The position numbers and the translations under genes were made by a program. The notes below the pieces were generated by a model. The model was not told the DNA's origin. It saw nothing but the letters and a program-made list of their open reading frames with translations, and searched no databases. From Candidatus Multivoradales bacterium (GTDB lineage Bacteria > Acidobacteriota > Thermoanaerobaculia > Multivoradales > JAHEKO01), in the NCBI GenBank assembly GCA_965248055.1, contig CBDFIJ010000004.1:1440001-1504000 (forward strand): 64,000 nt of DNA, written 5' to 3'. Below, in pieces: positions 49,193-58,920 of the stretch (positions are counted from its first letter, which is position 1; each line of letters begins with the position of its first letter).

Positions 49193-50516
49193 CTAGCAGC
49201 CTGCTGAAAAACGGGCAACGGAGCTAATTTCAGTGGTCATAACGGTCGAAGTACTTTGAATGTGGAGACGAATCAAGGTGGCTGGCGAGTTGAGGGTGTT
49301 GGTGACCCCTTGGGTCAGCTCTTCGATTCGCCCTACCGGGTGATTCGAGCGATTTGAGGAGCACTTGGGATAGAAATTCGTCATGTTGGCGCGCTCAGAT
49401 TGGCTATTCGGAGCAAGTTAAACGCTGTTGCCGCAAAAGTGAAAGACCAACCGATGCGGGCTACGCCTCGAAACATCGGTCTGCGTTGCAGTCCGTACTG
49501 TTTGAGCCAGCCGAAGGGTGCCTCGACTCTCGGTCGTCTCGCCAAGCTGATCTCGTAACCTGCGTGGCGAGTGGTGCGTCGGTCAATCCGGCTGCGGCGA
49601 TTCTTGGTGCTTTGCGCTACGTGAGGTGTCGCATTCAGCTTCCTCGCATTCTCTACAAACGCTCGGTTGTCATAGCCCTTGTCAGCACCCACCGTGACGC
49701 GATGATTGCTAGCCCGCTGCTCCAGCATGGCCAGAGCCGCTGTTGTCTCACCGTTGCCGGTGACGATGTTGACCTCGGTGTTGACAATCATCCCGTGCCG
49801 GTTCTCGACCAGAATGTTGCCCCGGTAACTTAGTTTTGCTTCCTTACCACGGCCTTTTCGCGACAGCCGAGACTCGGGGTCGGTCGTCGAAGCGTGCGTT
49901 TGGTTCAACCGCTTCTGGCCTCGGAAGTCCGCTCCACCGTCCAGAGGTTTAACCTCTTCGTCCTTTGGCCGAAAGCTCTTGTGCGAAGCCCAAGCCTCGA
50001 TCAGTGTGCCATCAACGCTGAAGTGATCCGGTGACAGCAGATCACGGTCCTCGGCTTGAGACAGCACCGCTGCAAACAGTTCTTCCGCGATCGAACCTTC
50101 GAGCAAGCGCTCTCGGTTCTTGCAAAACGTCGTCGCGTCCCACACCCGCTCGTCGATACCAAGACCGACAAACCAGCGAAATAGAAGGTTGTACTCAAGT
50201 TGCTCCATCAGCTGGCGTTCACTACGCACGCTGAAGAGCACTTGAAGCAGCAATGCGCGGAGCAGACGCTCGGGGGGAATCGAAGGACGACCACTCGAAG
50301 CGTAGATCGTCTCAAAACGCTCCGATAGCTCTCCAAGAGCTTCGTCCATCAAACTTCGGATCCGCCGCAACGGATGAGACCGAGGAATTCGCCGTTCCAG
50401 GTCAACGTAGCTGAACATTGATCCCTGACCTTGATCCGATCCACGCATCAAAACCTCCTATTCCCAATTATAGAATCGTTATGGTCAGGTGGTGGGGTTT
50501 TTCAGCAAGCTCCTAG
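49193..50516 (-). mobile_element. Intact IS5-family insertion sequence
   Basis: Terminal inverted repeats GCAGCCTGCTGAAAAAC / GTTTTTCAGCAAGCTCC with CTAG at both flanks. Confidence 0.9.
49381..50451 (-). CDS. IS5 family DDE transposase
   Basis: GRPSIPPERLLRALLLQVLFSVRSERQLMEQL, FSVDGTLIEAWAS, GADKGYD, RPRVEAPFGWLK. Confidence 0.95.
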   Translation of the reverse strand: MMRGSDQGQGSMFSYVDLERRIPRSHPLRRIRSLMDEALGELSERFETIYASSGRPSIPPERLLRALLLQVLFSVRSERQLMEQLEYNLLFRWFVGLGIDERVWDATTFCKNRERLLEGSIAEELFAAVLSQAEDRDLLSPDHFSVDGTLIEAWASHKSFRPKDEEVKPLDGGADFRGQKRLNQTHASTTDPESRLSRKGRGKEAKLSYRGNILVENRHGMIVNTEVNIVTGNGETTAALAMLEQRASNHRVTVGADKGYDNRAFVENARKLNATPHVAQSTKNRRSRIDRRTTRHAGYEISLARRPRVEAPFGWLKQYGLQRRPMFRGVARIGWSFTFAATAFNLLRIANLSAPT

Positions 50517-51226
50517 ATCGTTGTCCGGTCGCTCCAATAATACAGTGTTGCCAGGTTGGCTGAATAGAGCTCAAATCCACAACTCGTCGCTAATTCGTGC
50601 GCATAACGGATTGGGCGGGTCAGCTGCAGCGATGCGCGGGTTGCGATCGCCTCTTTCAGGCTATCGAAGATGTTCATCGAGGCTCCCTCCGGGGTTGGAT
50701 TGAGTCGAGCAGGCAACTGGCTAACCGTGGAGAGGCTCCCGATCCCGATCCTGTTCCCTTCTCGCAACCCGGGCTCTTGCCCACAAACTCGCACGAGCCG
50801 CCTACTTCATGATGAGGGATCAAGCGCCTTACCAGCCCGAAAGGCTGTTTGGTTAATGAGATCGAGGCCGCCAACCAGAAAGGTGCTGTGTTAACAACCA
50901 ATCATCTGAGTGGAAGCGGCCTCGATCTCTCTTACTTGCACCGGTGGCGCACGACTCCGTCAACCAACCAGGGGCTGGATCAAGCTACTAGCTCGAAAAC
51001 CATGCGACTGAATCCCTTCTCATGAAAACGGAATCGAGACCAACGGGTTTCTGGGGCACGAGACTGCCTGGGGTACCGAGGACTGATAACTCGACTACCT
51101 AGATCCTGATGAGTGGCTGGAGCGTCATCGACTCCTACTTAATGAGACCCAAAAACTAGCGCTGCCTTTCTTTGATCACTCAATACCGGGACGCCCCCCA
51201 CCCGGAAAGAAAAGATGTACCCCTTG

Positions 51227-51282
51227 ACATAACGCCGCCTAATAAGTGGCACCCTTTCGCCCTTTGCGGCGCATTGTTATCC
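51227..51282 (-). other. Integron attC site of the SRPBCC cassette (short, possibly degenerate)
   Basis: Minus strand GGATAAC...GGCGGC-GTTATGT; GGATAAC is the exact reverse complement of this cassette's GTTATCC start. Confidence 0.7.
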
Positions 51283-51357
51283 GATGATCCGTCTTAGCTT
51301 TCAAGTTAAATATCTTGTGTTTACAGTTTGCACTAAACAAGGCTTCCTCTAGTTTGC

Positions 51358-51822
51358 CTATGAAGTTGCATCTTGATTCGATTGAACTTTATCCGCGAGC
51401 CCTTCCAGATTACCATCGAGTACCTTTCCCATCATCAATTTCATCATTGTTTGACCTAGTAGCCATCCGAAAGGACCATATTTCACGCTATAGTCCATGC
51501 CCCACGTTACTCTCGTCCGCGCACTATCTAGCGGCTCGACTGACAACTCTGCGTGCATTTCGTTAAGCGGCATTGCTGTCATTTCCGATAAACGGACGCG
51601 ATAACTCTGTTTTTCCTCCCACTGGGTCACCTCTTCCACCACTGAGGTGCCATTGTCGAAATTGCAGCGCCGTTTCGAACCGACCCCGTCTTCGCCGTCG
51701 GTAAGTGCGTCTACAGATTTTATCTGCGGAGCGAACTCATCAATGTGCATGAAGCGACTAATAACCGCCCATACGGCCTCTGGTTTGGCGTCTATATCGA
51801 GAGTTCGTTCATAATGTATCAT
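51358..51822 (-). CDS. SRPBCC (polyketide cyclase/START) family protein, integron cassette 2
   Basis: IDAKPEAVWAVI, GVGSKRRCNF, EEVTQWEE, TRVTWGMDY; flanked by attC sites; visibly more AT-rich. Confidence 0.85.
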   Translation of the reverse strand: MIHYERTLDIDAKPEAVWAVISRFMHIDEFAPQIKSVDALTDGEDGVGSKRRCNFDNGTSVVEEVTQWEEKQSYRVRLSEMTAMPLNEMHAELSVEPLDSARTRVTWGMDYSVKYGPFGWLLGQTMMKLMMGKVLDGNLEGLADKVQSNQDATS

Positions 51823-51882
51823 TTTGATTCCTCAAATGGTTTACTTGTTGGGTTCAACTCTAAGAACCAGTTTTTTTAGTTC

Positions 51883-51945
51883 GGATAACGCCTTGCCGAT
51901 CAGCGGCGGCCCGGAGGGCCGTCCGTCTGCATCGGCTTGTTGGGC
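51883..51945 (-). other. Integron attC site of cassette 1
   Basis: Minus strand GCCCAAC-AAGCCGATGCAGACGGACGGCCCTCCGGGCCGCCGCTGATCGGCAAGGC-GTTATCC; imperfect palindrome with RYYYAAC and GTT cores. Confidence 0.9.
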
Positions 51946-51960
51946 GGGCAACCCACGTTG

Positions 51961-52734
51961 CTAGGCCCGTCGCAAGACCCAGATGGCACAGAGCACTTCC
52001 GTACCGAGAATCTGCGTCTCACGTTCCTGCCTCGCCACATACTCGTCAATCAACTGCTCGAAGGCGGGATGGCTTGCTCTGACGAGACTCGCCCTCTGTC
52101 GGATCAGGTCGGTGTTCCTCTGGTTGACCGACCGTGTCTGCTCCGTCGGGCAGATGACTTCCTGGGCCACCACGTCACCACAGGCCGTCAATCGGCGAAG
52201 TGTCTCCGAGTGACCAGCATATCCTTCAGCCCCCGGCAGACGCGCCACACCGTCCGCCAGGAAGCCCTCCTCGATTACGATGTACCCGCCCGCGCGAACC
52301 AGCCTCCGAAGGCCTGCAATGGTCTGCTCATAGTCCCCCAACACAGGCCCGACGCTCAACAGGAGGACCACATCGTACTGCTCTTCCTGCCCGAGCAGAT
52401 TCCGAATGTCTCCCTGCTCGAAGCGACATCTATGGGAGACACCTCGCTCCGTCGCTAGCGCCAGCGCAGCCTGCAGAAACGGCTGGAAGGCGTCGATGCC
52501 CTCGACTCGGGCGCCCAGCTGCTCAGCAAGGGCCACGGCCACCGCGCCCTTCCCGCAGGCCAGATCGAGAACGGTGGAATCCGGCTCCACTCCAACCGAC
52601 TCGAGAGCGGAAACAACCTGTTCGGCCGAAGGACCCAACTCCCACAGGTCGGTCAGGAGCTCTGGTAGGAGGGGCAAAAGCCGTACGTCGGTCTCCATCG
52701 CTTGCGCGACCGACTCGTCCAGGTCCAGGGTCAT
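51961..52734 (-). CDS. Class I SAM-dependent methyltransferase, integron cassette 1
   Basis: [30 protein letters not shown]; lies between attI and attC. Confidence 0.85.
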   Translation of the reverse strand: MTLDLDESVAQAMETDVRLLPLLPELLTDLWELGPSAEQVVSALESVGVEPDSTVLDLACGKGAVAVALAEQLGARVEGIDAFQPFLQAALALATERGVSHRCRFEQGDIRNLLGQEEQYDVVLLLSVGPVLGDYEQTIAGLRRLVRAGGYIVIEEGFLADGVARLPGAEGYAGHSETLRRLTACGDVVAQEVICPTEQTRSVNQRNTDLIRQRASLVRASHPAFEQLIDEYVARQERETQILGTEVLCAIWVLRRA

Positions 52735-52761
52735 CCTAAAAACTCCATCCGGCGCGGCTCC

Positions 52762-52768
52762 GTCCAAC
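52762..52768 (-). other. Probable attI crossover core
   Basis: GTTGGAC (GTTRRRY) between intI and the first cassette; one mismatch to the complement of GCCCAAC. Confidence 0.65.
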
Positions 52769-52815
52769 ATCCAATGGACCGAAACATTGCTGTACAGTAC
52801 GTAAATGAGCGTGCT

Positions 52816-53805
52816 ATGTCAATGTTGAAGCGAGCGCCTGGTGAACTTGCAAAGATGGTCCACGAGGTGGCGCGCATACGGCACTTGAGTCCGCGCACGG
52901 AGAATGCATACCTGGGCTGGATCAAGCGATTCGTCAGGTTTCACGACCTTAAACACCCTCTCGACCTCGAAGAACCGGCGGTGCCGTCATTTCTTGGCCA
53001 TTTGGCCGTTAGCCGAAAGGTCTCTGCCTCTACCCAGAACCAAGCCCTAAACGCGCTGGTGTTTTTGTACCGGGATGTACTCAAACGCCCGCTGGACACG
53101 CTGGATGATTTTCCTAGAGCTCGACGCAAGAAGACCCTCCCAACGGTTCTATCGCGCCGCGAGATCCAGCTATTGCTGACCGAACTGACAGGTGTCCACT
53201 GGCTGTTCACAGCGCTTGCCTATGGGGGAGGATTGCGCGTCAGCGAACTGGTGCAACTGCGAGTTAAAGACCTTGATCTGGATACCCTCCGCATCACGGT
53301 GCGTTCGGGAAAGGGAGACAAGGACCGGCTGACGCTGATTGCCAAACAAGCGAAATTGCCGCTGCAGGAACGTCTGGATCGTCTCCGCCAACAATTTGGA
53401 AACCACCCACGGGTGGCGGTCGCAATCCCGCAAGCACTAGCTCGCAAGTATCCCTACGCGGGAACCCAGTGGCCTTGGCAGTATCTGTTCCCTTCTACCA
53501 AAGTACACATTGTTGAGGGAACCCAGATGCGATACCACGCCTCAACCGCGACAGTGCAAAACGGACTGGCTCGAGCCGCCGCATCGGTGGGCATCGGGAA
53601 AAGAGTGACGCCTCACGTGTTGCGACACTCTTTCGCCACCCACCTGGTTGAGGACGGCATCGACATCCGAACGATTCAACGACTACTGGGACACGCAGAC
53701 CTTCGCACCACCATGATCTATACACAACTTGCGACCTCCCCGGAACTGCACAGTCCGCTAGACGCCCTTGGAGATGGCGCGTCACCACCACAGTGGGTCC
53801 TTTGA
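52816..53805 (+). CDS. intI: Integron integrase
   Basis: [43 protein letters not shown], IntI-specific [37 protein letters not shown]. Confidence 0.95.
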   Translation: MSMLKRAPGELAKMVHEVARIRHLSPRTENAYLGWIKRFVRFHDLKHPLDLEEPAVPSFLGHLAVSRKVSASTQNQALNALVFLYRDVLKRPLDTLDDFPRARRKKTLPTVLSRREIQLLLTELTGVHWLFTALAYGGGLRVSELVQLRVKDLDLDTLRITVRSGKGDKDRLTLIAKQAKLPLQERLDRLRQQFGNHPRVAVAIPQALARKYPYAGTQWPWQYLFPSTKVHIVEGTQMRYHASTATVQNGLARAAASVGIGKRVTPHVLRHSFATHLVEDGIDIRTIQRLLGHADLRTTMIYTQLATSPELHSPLDALGDGASPPQWVL

Positions 53806-53887
53806 TGTTTGCAGGCTGGCCGTGATCTGAGTGCCCGGTAGGCCTAACGGGCTTTGTGGACTCTCGGCAATCGAGTAGATTCACCGT

Positions 53888-55432
53888 GTGTCCAACTGGC
53901 TCAACATTGCTGACGAATTCTTGACTGCTAACGCAACAGGCGATCGTCGTGACCGTGCTGCGATCCTGACCACTGACCGCACCTGGACCTACGGCGAAGT
54001 CGACGAACTCGCCAATCGCTACGCCAACGCCCTGACCCACGCCGGCCTGCGCCGAGAGGAGCGGGTGTTGCTAGCGATGGCGGACGGGGCCTCTTGGGTG
54101 GGAGCGTTTTTCGGCATCTTGAAGGCCGGGGGTGTGGTGGTGATGGTGAATCCGCACCTAGCCACGGAAAACCTGACCCGGATCTTTGACTACGTTGCTG
54201 CACCGTGGGGGCTGGTGGATTCGGGAGTGCGGGATTCCTTTGCCGCAGCTGCCGCTGCCGCGGAAACCGCGCCGCAACTGCTCCTTGTCGGCGAGGATCT
54301 CGACCCCGAAAATCCATCGTCGGATACCGACTTCGCTACCGTACCCAGCCACATCGACGACCCAGCCATTTTCCTTTTCTCCGGCGGAACGACCGGACTG
54401 CCGAAGGCGGTGGTGCAGACGCATCGCTCGTTTCTCAATACCACCCGTCTCTACGCCCAGCGGACGCTGGGCTACAACGCCGACGACATCACCCTGGCGG
54501 TGCCCAAGCTGTTTTTTGGTTATGCCACCGGGTCGAGCCTGCTGTTTCCCTTTTCGGTCGGGGCGTCGACGGTTCTCTTTCCCGAGCACCCTACGCCTGA
54601 GGTGCTGTTTGACCACATCGAGCACTTTCGCCCGACCATTCTGATCAACGTGCCCAAGATGATTCACCAGATGGTGCAGGCGGCTGCGGAGCGCGAGCAG
54701 CCGGTGGACGCCAGCTCTCTGCGTTTTGCTACCTCGGCCGGGGAAGCTCTACCCGAACCCCTGCATCAAAAATGGAACCAGGCTTTCGGTTGCGATCTCT
54801 ACGACGGACTGGGGACTGCCGAGATGTGGCATGTGTTTTTGACCAATCGACCAGGAGCGGTTCGGCCAGGCACTTTGGGGCAACCGGTCGAAGGGTTCGA
54901 TGTCCGGGTGCGCGACGAACAGGGACACAATCTCAAGTCGGGTGAAATCGGCCGTCTTTGGGTTGCGGGCGAGTCACGAGCGATCGGCTACTGGCGCAAC
55001 GCGGCCAAATCAGCCGAGGCGTTTCGTGGACGCTGGTTTGTCGGTGGAGATTTGGTCAGCCGTGATGCAGATGGTTTCTTCACCTACCACGGCCGTTCGG
55101 ATGACGTGCTCAAGGTATCGGGGAAATGGCTAGCTCCCAAAGAGGTGGAAGACTGCTTGGTCGCCCACCCAGAGATTCAACGCTGTGCGGTGGTCGGCAT
55201 CGAGGACAGTGCCGGGCTTACCCAGCCCTGTGCCTTTGTTCTGGCGGCGTCAAAAGCTGACCTCTCCGAACAGGCGGTCAAGGATTACGTGCTAGCGCGG
55301 CTCGAGCCCTATAAACATCCGCGCAGAGTGGTGTTTGTTGACGAGTTCCCGCTCACTCACCTGGGTAAAATCGACCGCGGCAAGTTGCGCTCAGGTTTGC
55401 AGGGGACACAATACCCGAAACCTATTCCTTGA
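53888..55432 (+). CDS. Benzoate/2-aminobenzoate-CoA ligase family protein
   Basis: FSGGTTGLPKAV, PKLFFGYATG, SAGEALP, DGLGTAEMWHVFLTN, GRSDDVLKVSGKW, GKIDR. Confidence 0.9.
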   Translation: MSNWLNIADEFLTANATGDRRDRAAILTTDRTWTYGEVDELANRYANALTHAGLRREERVLLAMADGASWVGAFFGILKAGGVVVMVNPHLATENLTRIFDYVAAPWGLVDSGVRDSFAAAAAAAETAPQLLLVGEDLDPENPSSDTDFATVPSHIDDPAIFLFSGGTTGLPKAVVQTHRSFLNTTRLYAQRTLGYNADDITLAVPKLFFGYATGSSLLFPFSVGASTVLFPEHPTPEVLFDHIEHFRPTILINVPKMIHQMVQAAAEREQPVDASSLRFATSAGEALPEPLHQKWNQAFGCDLYDGLGTAEMWHVFLTNRPGAVRPGTLGQPVEGFDVRVRDEQGHNLKSGEIGRLWVAGESRAIGYWRNAAKSAEAFRGRWFVGGDLVSRDADGFFTYHGRSDDVLKVSGKWLAPKEVEDCLVAHPEIQRCAVVGIEDSAGLTQPCAFVLAASKADLSEQAVKDYVLARLEPYKHPRRVVFVDEFPLTHLGKIDRGKLRSGLQGTQYPKPIP

Positions 55433-55481
55433 CCGGGACGAAATAGAGATTGTGTCCCCTCTCAATCATCCTGTGTCCCCT
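55399..55481. repeat. REP-like GGGGACAC(AAT) cluster 1
   Basis: GCAGGGGACACAAT...AATAGAGATTGTGTCCCCT...CTGTGTCCCCT; the 19-mer is the exact reverse complement of 62306-62324. Confidence 0.75.
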
Positions 55482-55482
55482 C

Positions 55483-55776
55483 CTACGAGTCGCTCAAATC
55501 GAGTTCGATTCCACCGGTGAAGCGGACGGTGAAGTTGTAGATGAAGGCCCCAATCATCCAGACGATCGCCCCGATGACGCCGTAGAACAGCGGCATAATG
55601 ATGATGGCGCCAACCCCGAATAGCGCTCCAATGATCGCAGGCTCATCTCCGCCGCCGAAAGCGGCTCCGGCCATCGCAACCAGCGAAAAGATCGCTCCGA
55701 AAATCAACCCCATGATTCCGTAAATCACCGCAGCTGTTTTTCCGGCAGACATAACACCAATTCTTTGCAGTTTCAT
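55483..55776 (-). CDS. Small 2-TM protein (DUF3566-like)
   Basis: LQRIGVMSAGK, IIMPLFYG, YNFTVRFTGGIEL. Confidence 0.75.
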   Translation of the reverse strand: MKLQRIGVMSAGKTAAVIYGIMGLIFGAIFSLVAMAGAAFGGGDEPAIIGALFGVGAIIIMPLFYGVIGAIVWMIGAFIYNFTVRFTGGIELDLSDS

Positions 55777-55840
55777 GGTTCCTCCTGGTTTCCTTCTGTT
55801 CTTCCCTAACGCTAGTTCCTAGCCTAGCGTGAAACTTCCC

Positions 55841-56281
55841 TCAGGTTTTGTGATTCAAGCGCGTCGAATAGTTCGCCAAGCACTCTCGCAGCCAATCAGG
55901 CAACGGCACCTTCTCGAAGGTGTCCAGGTTGATGTTTACCGTAACCACTCTGCCGCGCGCATGGAGATCCGGCGATCCCTTGGTGTAGACCTGATAGTCC
56001 CAAGTCACTGCAGTCTCTCCAATATGCCCGATCTCGACCTCGATCTCGACTTTATCCCCGTAGCGCAGCGGGATGCGAAAGTCGACGTCCAGATGCACCG
56101 TGGGATGGCCCAAGCGATGCTCGTTCATCACGGTTGGATAATCCAGGCCGACGACATCGCGGAAAAACTGCTCCATAGCAACGTGAAAGTAGTGAACAAA
56201 TCGGGGGTAGTAGACGATTCGCGCTTGGTCGATATCGCCGAACTGGACGTCTAGGTGGGCGCGGTAGGGGGGGTGGCTCAT
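55841..56281 (-). CDS. Acyl-CoA thioesterase (4-hydroxybenzoyl-CoA thioesterase family)
   Basis: VQFGDIDQARIVYYPRF hotdog motif, DFRIPLRYGD. Confidence 0.9.
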   Translation of the reverse strand: MSHPPYRAHLDVQFGDIDQARIVYYPRFVHYFHVAMEQFFRDVVGLDYPTVMNEHRLGHPTVHLDVDFRIPLRYGDKVEIEVEIGHIGETAVTWDYQVYTKGSPDLHARGRVVTVNINLDTFEKVPLPDWLRECLANYSTRLNHKT

Positions 56282-56312
56282 GTATCGGGAAGTGTATCCG
56301 TTGGGGCAGGCT

Positions 56313-57449
56313 TTATGCCCGCCCCAACGAGGACCGGAAGGCTTTCAATTTGTCAACAAAATCGGAGTCGCGAAGCCTAAGCTCTTCAAGGTCGATTTGG
56401 CCGGAGCGCCCCATCAAACTGGCGACGAACTCCAGTGGGGGTAAATCGATGCGTTGGTCACAGGTCTCAAACCAAGAGCGACTGACCTCCGCCACTTCCT
56501 GCAGCCGATCGGCGCTGGGGCGCCGAGCTTGTTCATAAGCCGCGATCGCCCGCGCCACGTCGGACTCAGCAGCGAGCGCATCAACCAAGGCAATTGCATC
56601 TTCCATCGCCAGTTTGGTCCCAGAGCCGATCGAGAAGTGCGCGGTGTGGGCTGCGTCGCCCAAGAACACTGTGTTGCCCACTCCCCACCGACCACAACGC
56701 ACGGTAGGGAAACGTCGCCAAACTGAGCGGTTGGTGAGCAAGGCATGACCGTCGAGATGGTCAGCAAAAATCTCTTGGCAAAACTTGACCGTGTCTTGCT
56801 CGCTGGCTTGGTCCAAACCCGCAGCTCGCCAAGCGCTCTCGGTACACTCGACGATCCAAGTGGCGTGGTCGCTGGAAAACGGATAAGCGTGTACCTGAAA
56901 TAAGCCCCACTCGGTGGGTTGGAAGACAAAGGTAAATGCCTTGAGAGGCAGACTCGTACCGAGCCATGAAAATCGCGAAGCCCCCATTTCCACAGCCGCA
57001 CCCAAAGCTTCTGCGTGGCTACGACGCAAACCACTGTTTACCCCGTCCGCACCGATTACTAGATCGGCTTGCTCAAGATCTTCCGCCGTAACCTCGGATT
57101 CAAAGTGGAGGTCAACGCCCACCTCCTGGCAGCGCTGCTGCAGAATCAACAGCAACCTTCGACGTGAAATGGCAAAAAACGAATGCCCGCGGCATTCGAT
57201 CCATTGGTCCGGTACCCAGGTGTGAATCGCATCCCACGAACGAAACTCGGCGGTGATCGCCCGATGGCTTTCACGGTCCGCTCTCCGGAAATTGGACAAG
57301 GTCGCCCCAGAGAACACCACCCCCCAGCCGAAGGTGTCGTCAGCCCGGTTACGCTCGTAGACTCGAACTTTCGCGCCGGGATCCTGCTTCTTCAAAAGCA
57401 AAGCACTGTAAAGACCAGCCGGACCTCCGCCGATTACGTTGACTTTCAT
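56313..57449 (-). CDS. FAD-dependent monooxygenase equivalent to the N-terminal half of anthraniloyl-CoA monooxygenase / salicylyl-CoA 5-hydroxylase
   Basis: GGGPAGLY, ERNRADDTFGWGVVFS, ADGVNS, GDAAHTAHFSIGSGTKLAMEDAI. Confidence 0.9.
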   Translation of the reverse strand: MKVNVIGGGPAGLYSALLLKKQDPGAKVRVYERNRADDTFGWGVVFSGATLSNFRRADRESHRAITAEFRSWDAIHTWVPDQWIECRGHSFFAISRRRLLLILQQRCQEVGVDLHFESEVTAEDLEQADLVIGADGVNSGLRRSHAEALGAAVEMGASRFSWLGTSLPLKAFTFVFQPTEWGLFQVHAYPFSSDHATWIVECTESAWRAAGLDQASEQDTVKFCQEIFADHLDGHALLTNRSVWRRFPTVRCGRWGVGNTVFLGDAAHTAHFSIGSGTKLAMEDAIALVDALAAESDVARAIAAYEQARRPSADRLQEVAEVSRSWFETCDQRIDLPPLEFVASLMGRSGQIDLEELRLRDSDFVDKLKAFRSSLGRA

Positions 57450-57456
57450 CGTTCGC

Positions 57457-58920
57457 TCAATTCCCAGACATTTCTGGCTCCGTCCACTGAGGGGCCGTCA
57501 ATCTTCGCTTGCCGTCGCTGCTCAGCTTCAGTTGGGGTTCGTCCAAAGCCTCCCGATCCCACAACTGGCAAGTGACCTGCTTGTGTTTCTGGTCAAGTCC
57601 TTCGCAGTAGTTGGTAAATACGCAACGCCGAACCTGATCGCCGTGCCCCAGGCGAACCTTGCGAAACCAATCTGGGTCCGCCAACGACTGTCGCGCGGAA
57701 GCGACAATGTCCGCTTCGCCGCGAATCAGAACCTCTTCGGCTTGCTCAAAGGTGGCAATTCCACCTGCGGCTACCACCGGGGTCGAATGGCCAGCCCTGC
57801 GAACCGCAGCGCGAATCGCCGCCACCGACGACAGGTTGCGGCCAAACGGACCCTGTTCGTCTGACACCACCGTCGGCATGCACTCATAACCAGAGCGGCC
57901 AGTGTAGGGATAGGCCGACCAGCCAATTTTCGGCTGCTGAGCGTCTTCAAACTTTCCGCCGCGCGACAACGACAAGAAATCCATTCCAGCGCCAGAGAAC
58001 TCGACTCCGAAATACACCGCGTCTGCGACCTCACCACCGCCATCGATACATTCATCGGCGAGGTATCGGCAGCCCACCGGGTAGTCACCACCAACTTCGT
58101 CCCGAACCGCTGCTAACACCTCCAAGGGCAGCCGAACGCGGTTCTCCCGTGATCCACCGTAACCATCAGCGCGGGTGTTTAACGGTGAGAGAAACGAGGC
58201 CATGGTGTAGGCGTGGGCGTAGTGCAGCTCGACGCCATCGAAACCGGCAGCGCGGGCCCGCCCGGAGGCGGCAGAAAACAGTCCAGGTAAGGTCTGAGGG
58301 AGTTCTGCGATGTGTTGCAGATGGGTGTCGGTCACCCGCTCTCGGTGACCGAAGCGCAATGCTTCCAGCTCACCGAGAGTCAGGGAAGCCTCGATCAGAT
58401 CATCCGGGGCATCCAGCAATGCTGATCGCACTGCCTGATCATCGGTCTCTCCCACCACCTTGCGATGTCGGTCGGTGATTTCTAGATAACGGAGAAAGTA
58501 CTTCTCAGGGTCCGGGCGGCGGCGAATCGCCAAGAAGTCGATCAACTGGATCAGTAGCCGAGTGTGACCCTGACTCGCTTGACGAACCACCTTCACCAAT
58601 TCTTGTAGTCCTGGAATGAACCGATCATGGCCGATGCGCAACAGGGGTCCACTGGGGACATCCCGAATTCCGGTCGCTTCCACCACAATCGCACCGGGCT
58701 GTCCCTCAGCAAATCTCTGGTACCACGCCAGTAAGTCGTCGGTTACCTCTCCATCCTCGGTCGCCCGCCAGGGAACCATCGCTGGCACCCAGGTGCGCTG
58801 CTCCAGCTCGACCGAGCCTACAGAGACCGGTGAAAAGACCTGGGAACCTTCAGCAATCTCCTTAGAGGGCCATTCTGTCTCCAACAACTCGTGGCGGATG
58901 CGCTGTGGTGGCTTCCACAC
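57457..58920 (-). CDS. NADH:flavin oxidoreductase (Old Yellow Enzyme family)
   Basis: PAMVPW, IVVEATGI, AGFDGVELHYAHAY, NTRADGYGGSRENRVRLPLEV, ARQSLADPDW. Confidence 0.9.
   Translation of the reverse strand: MWKPPQRIRHELLETEWPSKEIAEGSQVFSPVSVGSVELEQRTWVPAMVPWRATEDGEVTDDLLAWYQRFAEGQPGAIVVEATGIRDVPSGPLLRIGHDRFIPGLQELVKVVRQASQGHTRLLIQLIDFLAIRRRPDPEKYFLRYLEITDRHRKVVGETDDQAVRSALLDAPDDLIEASLTLGELEALRFGHRERVTDTHLQHIAELPQTLPGLFSAASGRARAAGFDGVELHYAHAYTMASFLSPLNTRADGYGGSRENRVRLPLEVLAAVRDEVGGDYPVGCRYLADECIDGGGEVADAVYFGVEFSGAGMDFLSLSRGGKFEDAQQPKIGWSAYPYTGRSGYECMPTVVSDEQGPFGRNLSSVAAIRAAVRRAGHSTPVVAAGGIATFEQAEEVLIRGEADIVASARQSLADPDWFRKVRLGHGDQVRRCVFTNYCEGLDQKHKQVTCQLWDREALDEPQLKLSSDGKRRLTAPQWTEPEMSGN

Noticed and set aside
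50630-51220. Possible decayed gene or transposase remnant left of the integron array
   Set aside because: No continuous frame or recognisable motif could be read by eye
52790-52797. CTGTACAG upstream of intI as a LexA box
   Set aside because: Lacks the 8-nt spacer of CTGT-N8-ACAG, and no other LexA consensus was evident
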